A stretch of 59,682 nucleotides of DNA, filler included, from Jimgerdemannia flammicorona (lineage: Eukaryota): the NCBI GenBank assembly GCA_003990765.1. It is 3 parts of 3 records of this genome, joined end to end, with 100 filler letters (N's around TTAATTAATTAA, not from the genome) between each part and the next. Parts side by side here need not be neighbours in the genome. Positions count along the whole stretch, not along the records: positions 19,931 to 39,759 come from RBNJ01001841.1; positions 39,860 to 59,682 come from RBNJ01001842.1; 1 more part is not named here. The stretch is one strand, 5' to 3'. The translations under genes were made by a program, and so were the position numbers. Positions 36,546 through 48,600 of the stretch are shown piece after piece; positions within the stretch are counted from its first letter, which is position 1, and each line of letters begins with the position of its first letter. Under the pieces are notes generated by a model that searched no databases, was not told the origin of the DNA, and saw nothing but the letters and a program-made list of their open reading frames with translations.

Positions 36546-39500
36546 TATATAGTACTTCCTAAGTTCTTATTGATAGTAGAAAGCCTGAAAATGTTATATT
36601 CTTCTAAAATATTGTTAGACTTCATTTGGGTCAGGGTCTCCAGAGATTTGAATGTTGATAAATAGTAGTTTAGTAAAATTCCATTAGTATTCAATTGCTC
36701 TAAAGACAGTAGTAGTAATCTTATTCTTAACTTATTCTTAATATTATTGCTAAGTACTCATATTAGGGGTATGAGTTATCTATATAGAATTATTTTAGGA
36801 TATTTATACATCTTACTCTAGAGTTATTCAGGAGTATAGCTATCTTTCAGAAATTCTATCAGAATTTCTATTATACTAGATATCTGTATTGAGCTACTAC
36901 TTCTTCTTTTTGATAAAAGATTGTTTTCTTTTTTTCAGATAGTATTGTATTCTAGATATCTTTTCTATTTCATGAGATAATACTGAATAAACTTGGTAGC
37001 TCATTTAAATCAGTAATCCTTTTGATCCAGAATATGGTCTACTTTATATTCTAGTTATTGATCAATAATTACTAGATCTGGAGGTGGTATAGTTCTCCCT
37101 TTGAAGGTGTTTGAGATGTATGACTGAAGTTGAGATATATGAAATACTTAGTGAATTCTTTCTAGTACTCAACTTGTATAAAATAAATCCATATTTTTTA
37201 AGAATCTTGAATTGTCCAATATACTAAGATTTAGTTTCTTTTTTGGATCTGCATTATTTAGAGTTAAGTATCAGATACTGAGTAATACTTATTTTCCTAT
37301 TTTGTAGGTAACTTTACTTCTATTTTTATCAGTATATACTATTTGTACTCTTTGTACTTCTATGAGAATATTTTATACTTATTAGATATTATCTTATATA
37401 GTATTAATAATTCCTTGTATACTGGTACTATAGTTTGGATAGTGACTGTAAGAGTATGTATATATTATCTATAATTCAAGTAGAATAGCATCATCTTAGT
37501 ACTTATACTTGAGCTTTCATTATATGTAAATTTAGCTGGAGTTAGCTTTTCATCTCAATTTTTTTGCTTATAACTATAATAGATACTAAGTATCTGCTTC
37601 AGAGTTCAATAGGTTCTTTCTGTCTAACTATCTGTTTACAGATAGTATACTGTAGATATTTTCAGTTATACTCTTAGGCTCTTAAAGAGTGCTTGCTAAA
37701 AGTTACTTTTAAACTTTATATCTTAGTCTGAGATAATTGCTAATAGTAGTCTATAAATGCAGAATATAATATTAATAAATAGCTGTACTGTTTCTAGTTC
37801 TGTTACAGTTGTAGATACTGCAGCAAAGTAGATCTACTTACTGAGATGATTAGGATTCATAAGTAGATAGAGGTATCAGAGACTCAGATTCTTTTATTAT
37901 TAAAGTACATATATCTATTTTGAACAGAATTATTCTTTTAGATCCTTTTTTATAATATTGCTGCCTTCTTTGAAGAATTTTTTTAGTAATTTCTTATACA
38001 TTGGTATCTTTGATATACTCTTTCTTAACTTCTTCAAATAGGCTGAAAATAATATTTCTAATTACAGAGAGGTTATCTTTCTGAGTACTCATGGAAAGTA
38101 TATTAATTACTTCATTCTTAGTTTTAGAAATATATTTGATTTCAAAATCAAAGGATGAGAGGATGTGTATCTATCAAGTCTGTCTTTCTATAAGAATTAA
38201 CTCTACATATATAGATATATCAGAGAGCTTAATGATTAGTCTATAAGGTGAAAATTTTACCAAGAAGTATCTTTATACTTATAGGAATTAGATAAAAGCA
38301 AGAAGTTTCTTATATTATATAGTATAGTGTCTTTTATATTTATTGAGTTTCTGAGACAGATAGATAATAGAGTATTCAAGTTAAGTTAGAATAACTCTTA
38401 AGTAATGTTTGAAGTATCAGTGGTAATTTTAAAGAGTCTCATTAGATTAGGGCTGATTAAGATTAGTATATTAGTCAAAATTCTCTTGAGAGTATTTATG
38501 ACTATGGTGTATACTTCTGTCTATTCTTTTTTAATATTGGCTTCTTTCTGTGGCAATAACAGAGAATCTTTGAATAAATCTCCTATAATATTCTGCTAGC
38601 TCATTGAATTCTCATAAGAACTTGAAAGTCTTTGAGATAGACTAATTACAGATTGCTTAGATCTTCTTAAGGTCAATAGTAATAGTATTTTCTGAGATAA
38701 TGAGTCCTAGATATTTGATTTTCTTCTTAAAGAAATAGTATTTTTTCATTTTTACTAAGAGCTTATATTTATAGAGTATGTTAAAAGCTATTTATAGATA
38801 TTGTTGGTAAATGATATTGCTTATGCTATATATCAGAATATCATCCAGATAGACCAGAATAAATATTCAGAGATATTTTTGAAAGATGTCATTCATCAGT
38901 GTTTGGAATATTACTGGTATATTAGTGAGACTAAATAGTATTATATAGAATTCATAGTGTCCAAATCTTGTTCAAAAGACTGTCTTAGAGATATCTTCTT
39001 CTTTGATATAGATTTGATAATATCCAGATACAAGGTTGATGAGTAAGAAGGTCTTGGCTTTATACTCTTAGTTATATAGTTTATCAATTCTTAGAAGTAT
39101 ATATTAATTTTTAATTGAGATCTTATTGAGTACTCAGTAGTTAATATATATATATAAACTTCAATTCTTCTTATAGACAAAGAGAATTGTTGTACCATAT
39201 GGTGACTTTAATAGATAGATGGACCTTTACTTGTTAATTCTTCTAGTTATTCCTTGAAGATCTCTAGCTCAAGTTAGGGTAGTAGATAAATTCTGAACTA
39301 GAAAGGGTCTGAACCAGGAATAGTCTCAATACTAGTTGTTTTTGGTATTCTTAGAAGATGTTTTTATATTTCTTAAGTAGTTCTTAAAGGTTGTCTTTTT
39401 TATTATCTTCATTCTTTAGAAGTTTGGAGAGTTCTTTTATATCTTCTGAGATCTTCTTGACTATATATATATAAATATACTGGTCTGGTTTTCAAATTTC

Positions 39501-39745
39501 TCTATCTAGTGAAAGAGATAATATCATATCTGGGCTATAGTCATACTTAGATTGTATCTTGATATTTCTCAGAGAGATTATATTGATTCACCAATTAATA
39601 TAGGAATTCTTATGAGTGAGCCAGAATTTTCCAAATATAAGATTGTATTTAGTGAGATATATAATATAGAAGGTTTGTCTAATAGTATAATAAATAAGTT
39701 GTAGAAGTATATTCTTATATATCTTGAAGAGTTTCTATATTGTTT
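36546..39745 (-). mobile_element. Chromovirus-type Ty3/Gypsy pol remnant (RT, RNase H, integrase, chromodomain)
   Basis: LVYLDDILIYS near 38830-38857, ITTDTS (RNase H) near 38420, eroded chromodomain EYKVDHILDQK...YYLMK*KRY.EY..I*.KE near 36920-37051. Confidence 0.8.
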
Positions 39746-39759
39746 TTTTTTTTTTTTTA

Positions 39760-39859
39760 NNNNNNNNNNNNNNNNNNNNNNNNNNNNNNNNNNNNNNNNN
39801 NNNTTAATTAATTAANNNNNNNNNNNNNNNNNNNNNNNNNNNNNNNNNNNNNNNNNNNN
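39760..39859. other. Artificial contig-joining linker
   Basis: 44 N + TTAATTAATTAA + 44 N. Confidence 0.97.
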
Positions 39860-40955
39860 ACCACCCACCAAGCACTGCCCCCCCATTAACCTAGGCTAGC
39901 TATTGTCCAGCAACTCGACCATGCCAGGTGCAGTAGGGCTGATAAGCCCGTACCTCATTCTGCATACCATGCTCTCCCTACTACCAGGGAAAACCCAACC
40001 ATATGCCAATGACCGAAAGCGCACGCCTGAGAACCCAATGTATGTACAAGGCCATGCCCGAGCTGAATAGAATAGCCCCTGCCACCCCAAAGAGAATGAT
40101 AGGCAAATAAAAACCCTCATCAAAGCACAACATGGTGGGTAGGGCCTGGTTCTCCCAGTCGAGGTGAGTAAAGGACTTACACATGAGGCAGGAGGAAACC
40201 CCCAATACCCCACTTCTCAAGCCTGCGGGCCTCGATCACGTTGCCATGTCAGCTCCCGGTTCCAGTTGAGTGCAGCCAAGACGCCTGAAATGGGTAGCCT
40301 TGGGCCCCCCGACCCCCTCTGACGACTGGGGCCTCACTCCACTATCCGCCAAAAGAAGCCGAGAGTGACACCTACCACCTAACCGCACTGCACCAATCAA
40401 AAGGCCCTACCGAAGCAGCATCTGCCCCAGCCCTGATGACTGCCCCCAGCCTAGCACCCTACTGGTTCATCGTAATCGCCCTTCCACCTATCTGTGATAG
40501 CCATCTCCCCTCCCATCCTGACAACACCTGAAAAGCAGTCACCTATGCCAGAACTGCGCTCACCGGGAAGCTCGCCAAAGCCAGAGGGCCCCACCACAGG
40601 CACCGAGGACCTGCAGGTAACCTATACTGAGCACTTGACACCCAAGGTCGGCCGACTCCCTACGTAGCCTGAGACACACCAAGACAACTCCTAGTTGGCG
40701 ATGGCAAAAGGAAGAAGGTGCCGCACCAAAACAGGTACATCCCAGATGCAGCTGAAGGCACCAGAATCCGCGAAAAAGTGGGGGAAGCACCGATCTGACA
40801 CCAATAAAGGGGCAACTCATCACCATTGCCCTCCTCCCACCATGCCCCTGCAGGCACAGCAAATCAACCCAAGGTAGAGGGGGTAATATTAGGGGAAAGG
40901 GGACTTGGAAGGTCGCCTACCAAACCTTGTGACCGGTAAGGTAGTGGAGAAAGGG
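39860..40955 (-). mobile_element. Non-autonomous poly(A) retroelement, copy 2 (youngest, CpG retained; 3' end cut by contig edge)
   Basis: Colinear with 3119-4218. Same 5' end CCCTTTCTCCACTAC. Confidence 0.8.
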
Positions 40956-40959
40956 TGCT

Positions 40960-41696
40960 GAAGCCTATAGGCCTCAATCATATTGCAATGTTAGCTCTCA
41001 GTTTTAGTTGAGTGTAGCCAAGATATCTAACCTAGATAGCCTCAGACCCCCCAGCTACCCCCAACAATTAGAGCCTAATCCCACAAATTGCCAAAAGCAG
41101 CCAAGAGTAACACCTACTACCTAACTACTCTGTACCAATCAAAAGACCCCACCAAAGTAATACCTGCCCCATCCCTGATGACTGCCCCCAACCTGAGACT
41201 CTACTGGTCTACTGTTATTACCCTTCCTCCTATCTGTGATGGTCATCTCCCCTCTCATCCTGACACCACCCAAAAAACAGCCACTTATGTCAGAACTGTA
41301 CTTGCTGAAAAGCTCACCAAAGTCAGAGGGCCCTACTATAGGTACCAAGAACCTGCAGATAACCTATACTAAGTACTTGATGTCTAAGGTTGGCTGACTC
41401 TCTATGTAATCTGTGATATATTGAGATAATATCTTATTGGTAATAGTAAAAGGAAGAAGGTAACACATCAAAACAAGTATACCCTAGATATAGCTAAAGA
41501 TATTAGAAACTGCAAAAAGTGAAGAAGATACCAATTGGCACTGATAAATGGGCAACTCATCACCATTGCTCTCCTCCCACTACACCTATGCAGATACAGC
41601 AAACCATACTGGGGTAGAGGATAAGAAGTTAGGAGAAAGGAGATCCAGATAGTTACCTGCTAAAATCATGTTACTGGTATAGTAGTAGAGAAAGGA
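40960..41696 (-). mobile_element. Non-autonomous poly(A) retroelement, copy 3 (older, interrupted by copy 2)
   Basis: Colinear with 40219-40955 but with many more C>T/G>A changes. Confidence 0.78.
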
Positions 41697-42678
41697 GTAT
41701 ATAAATAGAATCTCTCTAAATATTGCTCAATATATATATCTGCATACTTAGTATTAAGAGACCTGATGAACAAGTAGATCCTGTCTAAGAATACTTTAAT
41801 ATAAAATAAGAATCTACTTAAAATAATAATAAGGAAGAAGATAAGAAAGATCTCTTGATCAAAACTCTTTAAGAGATCTTTAAAGAAAGTCTGAGAAAGA
41901 AATTCATAAAGAAATAGAAGATAATACAGAAATTTAAGACCTCAGCTCTAAACTAGACAAATTGGTTAGATAAATTAAAAACTTGCTATATATAAAAATT
42001 GGAGCTTCATATCTATGAGATAACAGAGACTATATATATCAAGAAAACAGAAGTTACTCATCTTGAGAAAGTAGAAGCTAGCTACTTTAGAATAAGATGC
42101 AAATCTAATACTATAATATAGTTAGTTAAAATACTATATTATAGATTATAATAACAGAAAAGATGATTAAGGAGACTTTAAATATCAAATCAAAAGTATA
42201 CAATCTAGTATAAGAAGACTGAAGCTCACTTTATTAAAAACTATAAAAAGAGTAATAGTGAAGACTACAGTGATCTAAATCTATACTCTACTAAGATTAT
42301 CTCTAAGAAAATAGTTTACTCTGCAGAAAAGAGAAAGGCAAATAAAGATAGACTAGTCAGATGGTCAAAATAAGAGTTATCCAAAAAGAAGAAATAGAAG
42401 ATCAAATCAATATACTCTTTTATTTCTTTTCACCCTTTATTTCTAGAACTGATGAACTATTATCTGAGTTTAAAGATGAAAAAATAGAATAAGAACAAGA
42501 ATCAGCAATCTCAAAACTTATGAAGAAGTATCTCTCAAAGATTATATCTTATAATATTTAAAATAAAGTACAGAAAAAGATTCAAAAAGCTATAATAGAA
42601 GTCTTCCTCCTTCAGTTCTTATAATTGATATCTACTGAAGTTCAAAATAAACTATTGAGGACTATTAGATCTAGTACA

Positions 42679-45600
42679 CATCTTTTTCTAGTAATATTCA
42701 AGTTATTCAAACTTCTGGCAACACTCACAACATTATTTTTAGAGAATAGATCTTAGGAATATAGCAATCAATAAGTACTCTGAGGTGCATACCGGGCAGA
42801 ATGACCCTAGTATGTTCAACTGACAGTATGTGGGGAGGAGTCATAGCTTGGGGGGAAGTATACAGGACTTACTGGCTGGAGGATATGAAAGGGAAAGAGG
42901 CAGTACTGAGAGACAGAGACCTAAGAGGATGAGCTTTACTGAATAGATGATGGGAAGATATCTGTCAACTGGATTGGAGGGTTGGCTGAGGAAGGACAAG
43001 GAGACAGCAAGGACTGTGAGACCTGGTGGAGCAGCCCATGGTAGTGAGGGCAGTATGGCCAGAGGAGTAGTGGCTGGAGGGAGTGAGACTGCTGATGACA
43101 AGGAAACTACCAATTTGGAAAATAATCTAGATATGATAGTTGATGGTGGATCTGGACAAAGGGTGGGCACAAGGTCCAGAGATCTGGCAGATGGTGTAAT
43201 AGACCTAGTAATGACAATATTACTCAAGAAATCAAGGTTGGAAATTGCTATCATATTGTATTTCTGGAGCTTAACAGTCACAGCAAGGATGATTCTAAGA
43301 CTGAGCAGCCTTGGTGAAATTTTTGAAGAGTTTGGAAGGAATGGAGATGGGCTTTGAGATGGAGGATGTGCTGCTGAAAGCAATGAAGTGTGGTAATGGA
43401 GGGGGTAGTGATCCCTATAGCTTAGTGCTTATATTGGAATCCCTAAATAGTATAGTTGATAGTGGTAGATATATCTATGATGTTGAAGGAGATGACCAGG
43501 AGGTTGATTGTGGAGGCTGTCAAAGAGTATGGAAATATTATAGATATTGAATTTCAGGTCTAGAAAGATACAGAGTTCAGAATAGGAGATATAGATATCA
43601 GAGTATAACTGGCTAGCAAGGAGAATATATGAAAAGAGAGGGACTGGCCAGTGGTCTTCAAATGGGGACCTGTAGAGTATAAGGTTTCAAGAGTTAAAGG
43701 GATACCAGAGGAAGAAGAGGACTTGCTGGAGGTATTGGAGGATCTGGCTGAAGCTATTGAGAGGAGGAGATTGATATGAAAAGAGTTTGAGACCAAGAGG
43801 TAGTAGAGATTGTAAATAGCAAGAAAGTGTAGCTGGATCAGACAGCCTGGGAGAGGGTACAGAGGAGGCATATTTAAAAAGATCTATTGGTAAAGTTGGG
43901 TAGAGGGGCAGAGAGGGGGACCATTGCTGCAGATATTGAATTGAGGGTAAATGTCTGAGCAGAAGAGAAGAGAGCAGTATCAGAGGAGACCCCAGGGAAG
44001 AGTGGAGGCTCAGGATGGAGTGCAGTAATGGAAGATGAAGAGATGGGCAAGGAGGAGTATTCACAGTATAGGGTGCCAGCAGAGGCTAGAGGGGATGACA
44101 AACTGCAGGAAGTGCTAGAGGAGGATTGGGATGAGTTGGCAAGGATGAATGGAGAGAGAGGGCAGGTAGAAAGAGGGAAGGTGGTGGACCAGAAAGTGGA
44201 GGAGGTGGTTGATGAGGAGAAGTAGCTATGGAAAATGCTGACAAATGTAGTGGCTGAGGAGCTGAGGGAAGAGAACTTTTGAGCACTTAGTGAGAGGTAC
44301 TGGGGAGAAATTCTGTGAGGTGAGGAGGGTCACAGAAACTCCAAGATGAGATAATAGCAGCTTTGCTAGATACTGAGGTATATCAAGTGAATGATGAGAG
44401 GGAGGTAGTATTTCAGATGATTATAAATAATATTTATCTGTAGGGCCCAAGAAAGGGGCTAACAAAGTGGCAGGTATTATGTGAGGAGTACTGGGAAAAT
44501 ATGGAAGCCATGGATAGTGCAGATTGTCAGAAGATCTTGGAGGTATTGGAGGCTCAGCAGAGAGAGGCAGATGAGAGGCAGAAAGGAACCTGGATGTTAC
44601 TAGTGATGCAGTGAGCATAGAATTGTAGAGAGGGCCACAGTTCTTTGAAAAACATTATTTAATATAAACAGTACAACTAGAATCTTCTCTTTAAATATCA
44701 ATGGACTATAAGAAGTAGTAAGGCATAGAAATATCCTCTGCTGACTGAAGGGGCTGGATGCATATTTATTTTTACTATAGGATGTTAGATGTGATGGAGA
44801 CTTGGATATTCTGGACTGGATGAAGGAATGAGGTAGTATGACTATTTGGTGTGGGTGTGTGGATATTCTGGTTAGGAAGGGCAATAGAGACATTAGAGAT
44901 ATTGGACATTGGAGGAGCAGGATAGTGTAGGGAGTTTGGAAGAGACCAGGATAGGAGCCCTTGACAGTTGGGTCATATTATTGTCAGGCAGAAAGGGGGG
45001 AGAGAGAGAAATAGATTCAAGGGCTATGAGAGCCTGGAGTATTGGTAGAGGTGGGAATTAACTGTCTAGATAGGAACTTTAATATGATATGTAATAGAAA
45101 GATAGACAGAACTGATGAGGGAAGAGAGATGGCTGATAGAAGTGATGGTATGGAAGCCTGAGAGGAGGTTGAACATCTGAGTTCATCAGTGGATGCTTGG
45201 AGGCTTAGATGGGGAGATTGTAGGATCTATACTCCCTGGGTGGTAGGGTTGGGCTCAAGGATTAACTAGATATTGACTGCTGAATACTAGGAAGTTGACA
45301 TCTAGAGAACTTTGGAAACAGTTTGGTACCTGTGATCAGATCACTAGGGCCTTCTAGTAGGGGGGTATTTTGGGGGAAGTATGGAGGGGCCTGGACATTG
45401 GTATCTGAATATCTCATTGCTAGAGAATGCCTTCTTATAGAATATATAGATGGTAGACATTAGCTCCAGGATACTTAGCTGGAGAGTAGAGGGGCTGACA
45501 ATTGGAGACCACTAGAGAAGATTGAAATCAGATGCACAATAGTATTAGGGAGAGACAGGAAGAATGTAGGGTACTCAGAGGAAAAAGCAAGTGAGGTAGA

Positions 45601-48600
45601 CCTCCCAGAGGTTGGTAAGGTTGTTGGCATCTTGGGCAGATCTGTTAAATAATGGTGAGGAGGGAGATTGGAGGATACAGTGGATCAGGCTGGAGGTTGA
45701 GGAGTTGAAGGGTATGCTTAGACAAAAGAAAGACCTACAGGTAAAGGGCATAGCAGTCTGGCTAAGGTGGCAGAGATTGGAGGAGAGAGAGAGGCCTACA
45801 AAATTTTTGTTTTGACTTCTGTAGGCAAGGAGAGTATGGCAGTGATGGGAGGGGGTATTGGATGAGGCAGGGGAGTTAGTTGTTGAGACACTGGAGATTT
45901 TAGACCAGTTGAGCAAACAGTGGGAGTAATTGTAGAGTGAGGAGAAAGGAGAGGTGGGGGCACTAGACATTGAAAGGTACCTAGAGAACTGGCACCCTGA
46001 TCTGGTAGAGAGCTTAGGTGACCTTGATGCTTCTGTCTAAGTGGAGGAGATTTAGTGGGTATTGATGATAATGAGCTCAGAGATAGCATCAGGAGAAGAT
46101 AGCTTACTGTGGGATTTTTGGAAAAAGATGACAGAAGTTGAGTTAATTCTAGAAGAGATAATGATGATGTATAAGAAGATCATTAGTTCAGAAGAGTGGA
46201 TTGGGGGGCAGTGCTTGGGTCTTATGGCTCTGCTGTTTAAAAATAAGGAGAGAAGAGAGGAGTGGAAAAACTGGAGGCTGATCATACTTCTGAATATAGA
46301 TCACAAGCTGGTCATAAAGATACTAGTAGCTAGGCTGTAAGGTGTGGCTCAGCAAGTACTGGGAGCTGAATAGAGAGGATTTGTAGGAAGAAATCTGATC
46401 AGAGATGGGACAGTCTGGGTATATGGTATCATTGAAGGGGCTTATACCACTGAGATAGATAGACAACTGGTTTTTCTGAACCAGGAGAAAGCCTATGACA
46501 GGGTCTGGAAAGTGTGGTTGGAAGGGATGCTGAAGTATATAAGGGTTCTCCCAGAGGTCTGGCAGGTCTTGATCATACTACTGGAAGGGAGTCAGGCAGC
46601 AATTCTGGTAAATGGCTATAGAGGAGTTTTATTTCCTCTAGGCAGAGAAGTGCTGCAAGGGGATCCACTATCACTGATCCTGTATGTACTATCCCTAGAG
46701 CCACTTTGGATAGTATTTGATAAAGGGTGAGGGGATTGGACATTCTGGGGGATAATTGGAAGGTGGGGCCCTTTGCTGACAATATGGTAGTCAGGTTAGG
46801 GTCAGCAGAGAATATGATGGTACTGAGAGGTACTATAAAGTGGTATGAGGGGTGCTTAAGTGCTAAGCTCAACTGGCATAAGTGTGAGATATTGGTGTTG
46901 AGAGGTGGGATAGTAGGTGGGGTGATTGGAACAATTGTCTCTACAGAAGAGACTATTCATTATTTATTTTTTTTTTATTGTCACTTGGACTTCCCTTTAT
47001 TACTGCAATCTATAATAATAATACAATATTACCCACATTCCCTCAACTAATATCCCTCAGATCCCCCTCTCTACCCTCCATCCCTCTCTGTCAAAGAATA
47101 ACCCAGTCACCCACCACCCAAATCCTCTCTCCACTTTTCTGGCAAATACAATTCACCAAACTCTAGTGGCTCCCCCCACCCAGTCTCTACCCTCTCTACC
47201 AGCCATTCAAAATGTCCAGTAATAGCCATTCCCAATATGCCACCCTAGCCCCAACTCCAACCTGTTGGCCCTTCTCAAATACATGTAACCAATGCCCAGC
47301 CAGCCCCATCCAAATTGCCAGAGCCCAACCCAGGGTCAACCATTCATCTCCAACCCCTCCCACTAGCCTTTGGTAGAGCTCACCCCATCTCCCCCCATCT
47401 CCTTCCACCAGGGCTTACAGTTCTAACTGGTCCACAATGTGGTACCAAAACTCCCCTAAAACATCACACTCACCAAGCCAATATTCAGGTGTTTGTAGCA
47501 CTCCCCCTTCTTGTATAACATCCAAACATTCCTCACACTCAAATGTACCATCTGCCACCAAGTGCCCAGACTGATAGTTCAACATCACATTCCGCCTTAG
47601 AAACTGCCACCACACTACCCAGAACTTGGGGGGAAGCTACTACAACACCTGCTTACTCTAAGGCCAAAGACCATTCCAGTCCCACTTCTCACAAATCCCC
47701 ACCCTCTGCCATGCCTCAGGCCACAGATCCCCCCCTAAGCCCTATATACACTCCATTCCATCACCAAGCTAGAAATCCTCCACCAAAGTGCCACCCAGCA
47801 ATAGCCTGTCCCATCTCTACATCTGCAGTCCCCAATCTTCCTCTCCCTCATCCTCCTGCCACTGAAGTCCAATTCTCCTAGTACCATCTACCATCCCTTA
47901 TCAAAAGCCCTTATACTGCATCCTCTTAATCCTATTCAGGGCCACCATTGCCAGCAGATCACCAGATGCTCTATAGGGGGAATACCAGACCTCCCATACC
48001 CTCTGTATGAGTGGAACTCACTCCTGACCCCTTAACTCACTCACCCTCTTTGACCACTATGCTTGTAAGCAATGAAGACATTTGGTAAAGTCCACCAAGC
48101 CTAGCCCACCTTTATCCACAGATAGGGTCAGAACCTCCCATCCTATCTGACTTCACCTCTCAGCCCAGATCTATAATTTTATCATCTTCAGAAGTTACCT
48201 GATCACCTATGCTGGGAAGTCCAGATGATATCCCACATACCATAGCTTTGGCAGCCAATACACATTCAGTACCATCACCCTTCCTGCTAAGGATATATGC
48301 CAACCACTCCACTATAAGAGCACATTATCCCATACTAGGAGTCGCTGTTCCCACCAAGCATGGGGCAGCAGAGACCCATACACTGAGAAATAGATCTCCA
48401 GATAATGAACTGGATCTCCTGCCAGCACCACCATTCCAATCACATCACCACCACCTATTCTGCCACCTAGCACCAGAGTCTCACATTTGTGCCAATTGAG
48501 TCTAGCACTGGAGCCCCTCTTATACCATTCCACAATCCTCCTCAATTCCTCCATATCTGCCAGTGAACCCAGTCTGACCACCATATTATCTGCAAAGGCC

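Noticed and set aside
39743..39900. Poly-T at the end of contig B seems to continue into the retroelement 3' region at the start of contig C
   Set aside because: The join is an artificial linker between apparently size-sorted contigs. Assemblies often break at such repeats, so the fit is probably coincidental.
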